Assembly (NCBI GenBank): GCA_040220235.1
Contig: JAVJTO010000108.1
DNA length: 64,000 nt
Direction: 5' to 3' (one strand)
Source of the DNA: Coleofasciculus sp. B1-GNL1-01
GTDB taxonomy: Bacteria > Cyanobacteriota > Cyanobacteriia > Cyanobacteriales > Coleofasciculaceae
Position 1 is the stretch's first letter. Each line of letters opens with the position of its first letter. The notes beneath the pieces were generated by a model. The model worked only from the letters and a program-made list of their open reading frames with translations, did no database searches and had not been told where the DNA came from. The translations under genes and the position numbers were made by a program. Of the stretch, positions 59,841-64,000 are shown in pieces.

Positions 59841-62800
59841 ATGACTAGGGGTGCATGGATAAAGCAACGGTGGGAGCAATGGCGCTCACATCGGCTACCT
59901 CAAAAACCTCGAATTTCCTATCTAGGCGCATTTATTTTAACACTATTCAGTTGCCTAGTCGTCTACACGGTATCTGGTTCAGCTAAATCTCCAGTCGCGC
60001 CAGTTTCATCGTCACTGGTAGAAATCACTCAGGGATGGCAATATCATTGGGGTGATTTTTCTCAACAACAACCATGGGTTTCAGAAGGGACGCAGAATCA
60101 GATATTGTCTGAACAATGGCAATCATTTCAGTTTCCCGGAAAAATCAGAAAACCAAGCCATAAAAATGTCCATACCCTGTGGCTGCGTGTTCCTTTACCT
60201 GCTGGAGAATGGCAATCACCGACTCTCTATTTTGGCGCTGTACCTTATATATTAGATGTATATTTAGGAGAGCAACATCTCTATAATCAATGGTCACTCA
60301 ATGCCGCTGAACAAGCCACCCTAACAGACTATCAATTGCCACTCGTTCAACTTGAGCCAGGATTTCAGCATCAAACTCTCTTGTGTCGGGTGTATGTCGG
60401 AGAAAATGCTTCAATTTACATCGGATTGTTTGATCGCGTTGTATTGGGCAATCATAATGCTGTAATTAAACGTTTCTTTCAACAACAAAGCCATACATTA
60501 CTCGGCATTCTATTTTTTGCCTTAGGATTAATCATTCTGGGATTGTCTTTAAGCCGCCCCGAAAAAAAATCATACTTTCACTTTGGCATTTTAACAACGA
60601 TGATTGGGATATATACCTTATCGCGGTCTTTTTTTATCCCTGTCTTTATTAATCATCTAGAAGCCTTACGGTTCTGGGAATATACATCATTCTATCTGAT
60701 TCCTGTAAGTGGTTGTCTTTTCTTTCAAGAAATGTTTAAGATGAGATGCCAGTCTATTATTCGCCATCTCTGGAAAATTCATCTAGCTTATGCGGTAGCC
60801 GCGTTAAGCTTAGTCACCACTCACACCTTTTCTTGGAGTCAAACCGTCACTTTGGCTCAATTCTTGTTTTTAGCCAGTGCGATAATTATTTTAACTAAGT
60901 CGGTGCAAATTTCTCTGACGGGTAACGTTGAAGCCAAACTCTTTACAGTAGGGTTTGGTCTGCTTACTCTATCTGCCATTAATGATATTTTAATTTATCG
61001 CTTAGAGTGGGTAAATTGGTATCAAAAACTTTATCCGTGGGGAACATTACTTTTTATTCTTACGTTAGGCGTTATGTTAGAGCGTCAATTCATCCAAGCG
61101 CGTAATCTGCTGCAAAACTATGCCATAGAATTAGAAGCGAAAAATACTGCCTTACAACGACTCGATCAGCTTAAGGATGAATTTTTAGCGAACACGTCTC
61201 ATGAACTCAAAACTCCCTTGAATGGAATCATTGGCATTGCCGAATCATTGATTGATGGAGTAACAGGAAACCTATCGGATTCGACTCGGTTTAACTTGTC
61301 GCTCATTGTTTCCAGTGGCAGACGATTGCACCAGCTTGTTAATGATTTACTCGATTTCTCGCAACTCAAACACCATAACCTACAACTGAATATTAAACCC
61401 ATCGGAATTCGCGAAGTGACTCATGTAGTTTTAACCATTTCTCAACCGCTGGTGGGTAAGAAACCGATCGAGTTAATCAATAGCATTAATCCGGATATTC
61501 CCCCGGTTGATGCTGATGAAAATCGTGTCCAGCAGATTTTGTACAATTTGGTGAGTAATGCAATTAAGTTTACGGAACAGGGAACCATTGAAGTTTCAGC
61601 GACGCCAGTCAATGATATGCTGGAAATCCATGTAATTGACACCGGAATTGGCATTCCGCCGGACAAAATTAATCGCATTTTTGAATCGCTTGAACAAGCC
61701 GATGGTTCCATTGCTCGCCACTATGGAGGAACGGGATTAGGTTTAGCCATTACCAAACAACTGGTTGAACTTCACGGCGGGATCATTAAGGTTGAGTCTA
61801 CGCCAGGAGTGGGGTCACGCTTTACATTTACACTACCTTTATCTCAGGGTAAGGTTGATTATCAATCCTCCATCGAAGTCTCTAAGGTGCAAGATTATAC
61901 ACCGCGAACTGTTAGCCCGGATCGCATTCTCATCGCTCAAGAGGTAGCTGTCACGCCAGAGGGGACATTCCACATTTTAATTGTGGATGATGAACCCACG
62001 AATCTTCAGGTCATTGTCAATCATCTATCGTTGCAAAATTATGCAATTACTCAAGCCTCTAGTGCCTTGGAAGCGTTAGAGTTGATTCGCTTAGGGTTCA
62101 AACCGGATCTGATTTTGCTAGATATCATGATGCCGCAGATGACGGGGTATGAACTGTGTAAAAAACTGCGGGAACAATTTCTCCCTAATGAACTACCGAT
62201 TGTCTTGTTAACGGCGAAAAATCAGATTTCTGATTTAGTGGAAGGGTTTGCCGTTGGCGCGAATGATTATTTAACCAAGCCTGTGTTAAAGAATGAACTT
62301 TTAGCCCGAATTAAAACCCATCTCCGCTTAGCCAAAATCAATGCAGCTTATGGGCGGTTTGTCCCTTATGAGTTTCTGCAATTTTTGGAACGAGAAAGTA
62401 TTGTGGATGTGCAATTAGGAGATCAGGTGCAAAAAGAAATGTCTATTTTATTTGCCGATATTCGTTCATTTACCAGTCTGTCCGAACAATTGTCACCGAA
62501 AGCAAATTTTGATTTTCTGAATTCATATTTAGGTCGTGTGAGTCCCGTAATTCGCAATTATCGTGGATTTATTGATAAATATATTGGCGATGCGGTAATG
62601 GCATTATTTCCCCAGATGGCTGATGATGCAGTACAAGCGGCAATTGAGATGCAAAAGCAAGTCAGTTTGTATAATGATCACCGTCAAGCCTGTGGGTATG
62701 AACCGATTGCAATTGGGATTGGTTTGCATACAGGGAGTTTAATGTTGGGAACGGTGGGAGAGTCTCAGCGAATGGATACAACAGTGATTTCGGATGCGGT

Positions 62801-63200
62801 GAATTTAGCCTCGCGTTTGGAGGGATTAACTAAGATTTTTGGGGTGGAGATTTTAATTAGCGAAGAAACGTTAAATGGGTTGACAAATGATCACCATTAT
62901 AGTTATCGTTTCTTAGGTCGAGTGACGGTGAAAGGAAAACTCCAACCGATCGCGATCTTTGAGGTGTTTGATGGTAACCCGCCGCCACTGATTGAATTGA
63001 AGCGACAAACTCGGACGGAGTTTGAGCGAGGGGTGCATCTGTATGTGGAGAAAGAGTATACCAAAGCGCACCAGATTTTCACTCAACTGTGGCAATGGGA
63101 CGATCGCGATCGCGTGGTTCAATTTTACCAGCAGCGTTGTCAGCAAGCCGAGCGATCGGGAGTCTCAGAGGTAGATATTATTAAGCTGTTCGGCATTTAA
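59841..63200 (+). CDS. Membrane hybrid sensor: DISM-like ectodomain, multi-TM region, HisKA, HATPase, REC and class III adenylyl cyclase
   Basis: FLANTSHELKTPL, NLVSNAIKFT, GGTGLGL; IVDDE..LLDIMMP..TAK; ADIRSFT, DKYIGDA, TVISDAVNLASRLE. Confidence 0.92.
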   Translation: MTRGAWIKQRWEQWRSHRLPQKPRISYLGAFILTLFSCLVVYTVSGSAKSPVAPVSSSLVEITQGWQYHWGDFSQQQPWVSEGTQNQILSEQWQSFQFPGKIRKPSHKNVHTLWLRVPLPAGEWQSPTLYFGAVPYILDVYLGEQHLYNQWSLNAAEQATLTDYQLPLVQLEPGFQHQTLLCRVYVGENASIYIGLFDRVVLGNHNAVIKRFFQQQSHTLLGILFFALGLIILGLSLSRPEKKSYFHFGILTTMIGIYTLSRSFFIPVFINHLEALRFWEYTSFYLIPVSGCLFFQEMFKMRCQSIIRHLWKIHLAYAVAALSLVTTHTFSWSQTVTLAQFLFLASAIIILTKSVQISLTGNVEAKLFTVGFGLLTLSAINDILIYRLEWVNWYQKLYPWGTLLFILTLGVMLERQFIQARNLLQNYAIELEAKNTALQRLDQLKDEFLANTSHELKTPLNGIIGIAESLIDGVTGNLSDSTRFNLSLIVSSGRRLHQLVNDLLDFSQLKHHNLQLNIKPIGIREVTHVVLTISQPLVGKKPIELINSINPDIPPVDADENRVQQILYNLVSNAIKFTEQGTIEVSATPVNDMLEIHVIDTGIGIPPDKINRIFESLEQADGSIARHYGGTGLGLAITKQLVELHGGIIKVESTPGVGSRFTFTLPLSQGKVDYQSSIEVSKVQDYTPRTVSPDRILIAQEVAVTPEGTFHILIVDDEPTNLQVIVNHLSLQNYAITQASSALEALELIRLGFKPDLILLDIMMPQMTGYELCKKLREQFLPNELPIVLLTAKNQISDLVEGFAVGANDYLTKPVLKNELLARIKTHLRLAKINAAYGRFVPYEFLQFLERESIVDVQLGDQVQKEMSILFADIRSFTSLSEQLSPKANFDFLNSYLGRVSPVIRNYRGFIDKYIGDAVMALFPQMADDAVQAAIEMQKQVSLYNDHRQACGYEPIAIGIGLHTGSLMLGTVGESQRMDTTVISDAVNLASRLEGLTKIFGVEILISEETLNGLTNDHHYSYRFLGRVTVKGKLQPIAIFEVFDGNPPPLIELKRQTRTEFERGVHLYVEKEYTKAHQIFTQLWQWDDRDRVVQFYQQRCQQAERSGVSEVDIIKLFGI

Positions 63201-63309
63201 ACCTTAATGTCAATAATGGCGAAAGCCTTGTAGTGCGTTTAGCGAAGCCATGCCGCAGGCTTTGCATCTTGCTCGCTACTAATACCCAATTTAAATGCAT
63301 GACAGCTTA
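63182..63309. mobile_element. MITE family B copy overlapping the cyclase stop codon
   Basis: Near-identical to 38251-38378. Confidence 0.85.
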
Positions 63310-63320
63310 TTCGGTAGTGA

Positions 63321-63444
63321 TTAGTAGGTGGACACAATTAAAGTGAACGGTTGAGATTAGGGAACAGGGAACAGGGAACAGTAAGGGTTTGAGGGCAATT
63401 TGCAAAACTTAACACAGTACCGTTTTCTTTTGTCCGACTACTTA
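63321..63444. mobile_element. MITE family A copy
   Basis: TTAGTAGGTGGACACAATTAAAG...CCGACTACTTA. Confidence 0.7.
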
Positions 63445-63490
63445 TAATCACGCTATAATTCAGATTAACCCTGATTTCTACCTTTCCTTA

Positions 63491-63907
63491 ATGCCTGCTA
63501 AAGATGTTTACCATAATGTTGTCAAAACAGCTTTAGTCAAGGAGGGTTGGACAATTACAGCAGACCCTTACACGATTAAATATGAAGAACTCCAGTTATT
63601 TGCCGATTTAGGGGCTGGCAGAACAGTTATAGCCCAGAGAAACCAACAAGAAATTATTGTTGAAATCAAGAGTTTTATCGGTCGCTCTTTGATTAGGGAT
63701 TTAGAGAATGCTTTGGGACAATACATTATATATAGAACCTTGCTCTCTGTTACTAATCCGAGTTATCAAGTCTATTTGGCAATTAGCCAGGATGTTTATG
63801 AAAATTTTTTTTTGCAAGTCGCTATTCAGTTGATTGTTCAACAAAATCAGGTGGCTCTGATTGTGGTCAATATAGAAGCTGAGGAGGTTACCCAATGGAT
63901 AAGCTGA
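63491..63907 (+). CDS. xisH: XisH family protein
   Basis: MPAKDVYH..VK.AL.KEGWTITADP, ADLGA, VEIKSF, ALGQY..Y. Confidence 0.92.
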   Translation: MPAKDVYHNVVKTALVKEGWTITADPYTIKYEELQLFADLGAGRTVIAQRNQQEIIVEIKSFIGRSLIRDLENALGQYIIYRTLLSVTNPSYQVYLAISQDVYENFFLQVAIQLIVQQNQVALIVVNIEAEEVTQWIS

Positions 63908-64000
63908 ACCACTATCGAGATTTAATTAAAAGAATTTTGACTCAATATCATCAACTTGCGGCTCAAACTCCTAGCGCTGGGTTAGAAAGTTTGCTGGCTT
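63895..64000 (+). CDS. xisI: XisI family protein, runs off window
   Basis: MDKLNHYRDLIKRILTQY; overlaps the xisH stop as in the other pair. Confidence 0.75.
   Translation, partial: MDKLNHYRDLIKRILTQYHQLAAQTPSAGLESLLA

Overview
64 kb of a filamentous cyanobacterial chromosome. Evidence: abundant HIP1 GCGATCGC, STRR heptamer arrays, Uma2, XisH/XisI, CHAT and DUF928 families; Coleofasciculus/Oscillatoriales-like by inference. No rRNA, tRNA or CRISPR array was seen. Housekeeping genes are few (glgB, yqgF, a CIA30-domain protein). The most notable region is a ~22 kb, nearly all minus-strand cluster (15964-38154). It mixes lipid/terpenoid enzymes (membrane-anchored trans-prenyl synthase, CrtC/AttH-like protein, CYP120-like P450, GT1 glycosyltransferase, SCP2 carrier, two alpha/beta hydrolases) with signal-less putative lectins (six ILEI/GG domains in three genes, a TSP-C + LecA-like protein). 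A second module (43311-59142) joins a haemagglutinin-like exoprotein, a CHAT protease, DUF928 and two AAA_35 ATPases (HTH-fused and CHASE2-fused). Also present: a NACHT protein, a PG-binding protein with cryptic SxxK/SxN/KxG motifs, a hybrid kinase-adenylyl cyclase, and several MITE/REP families that nest, truncate genes and insert in frame. All domain calls come from motif recognition by eye; no database searches were run.
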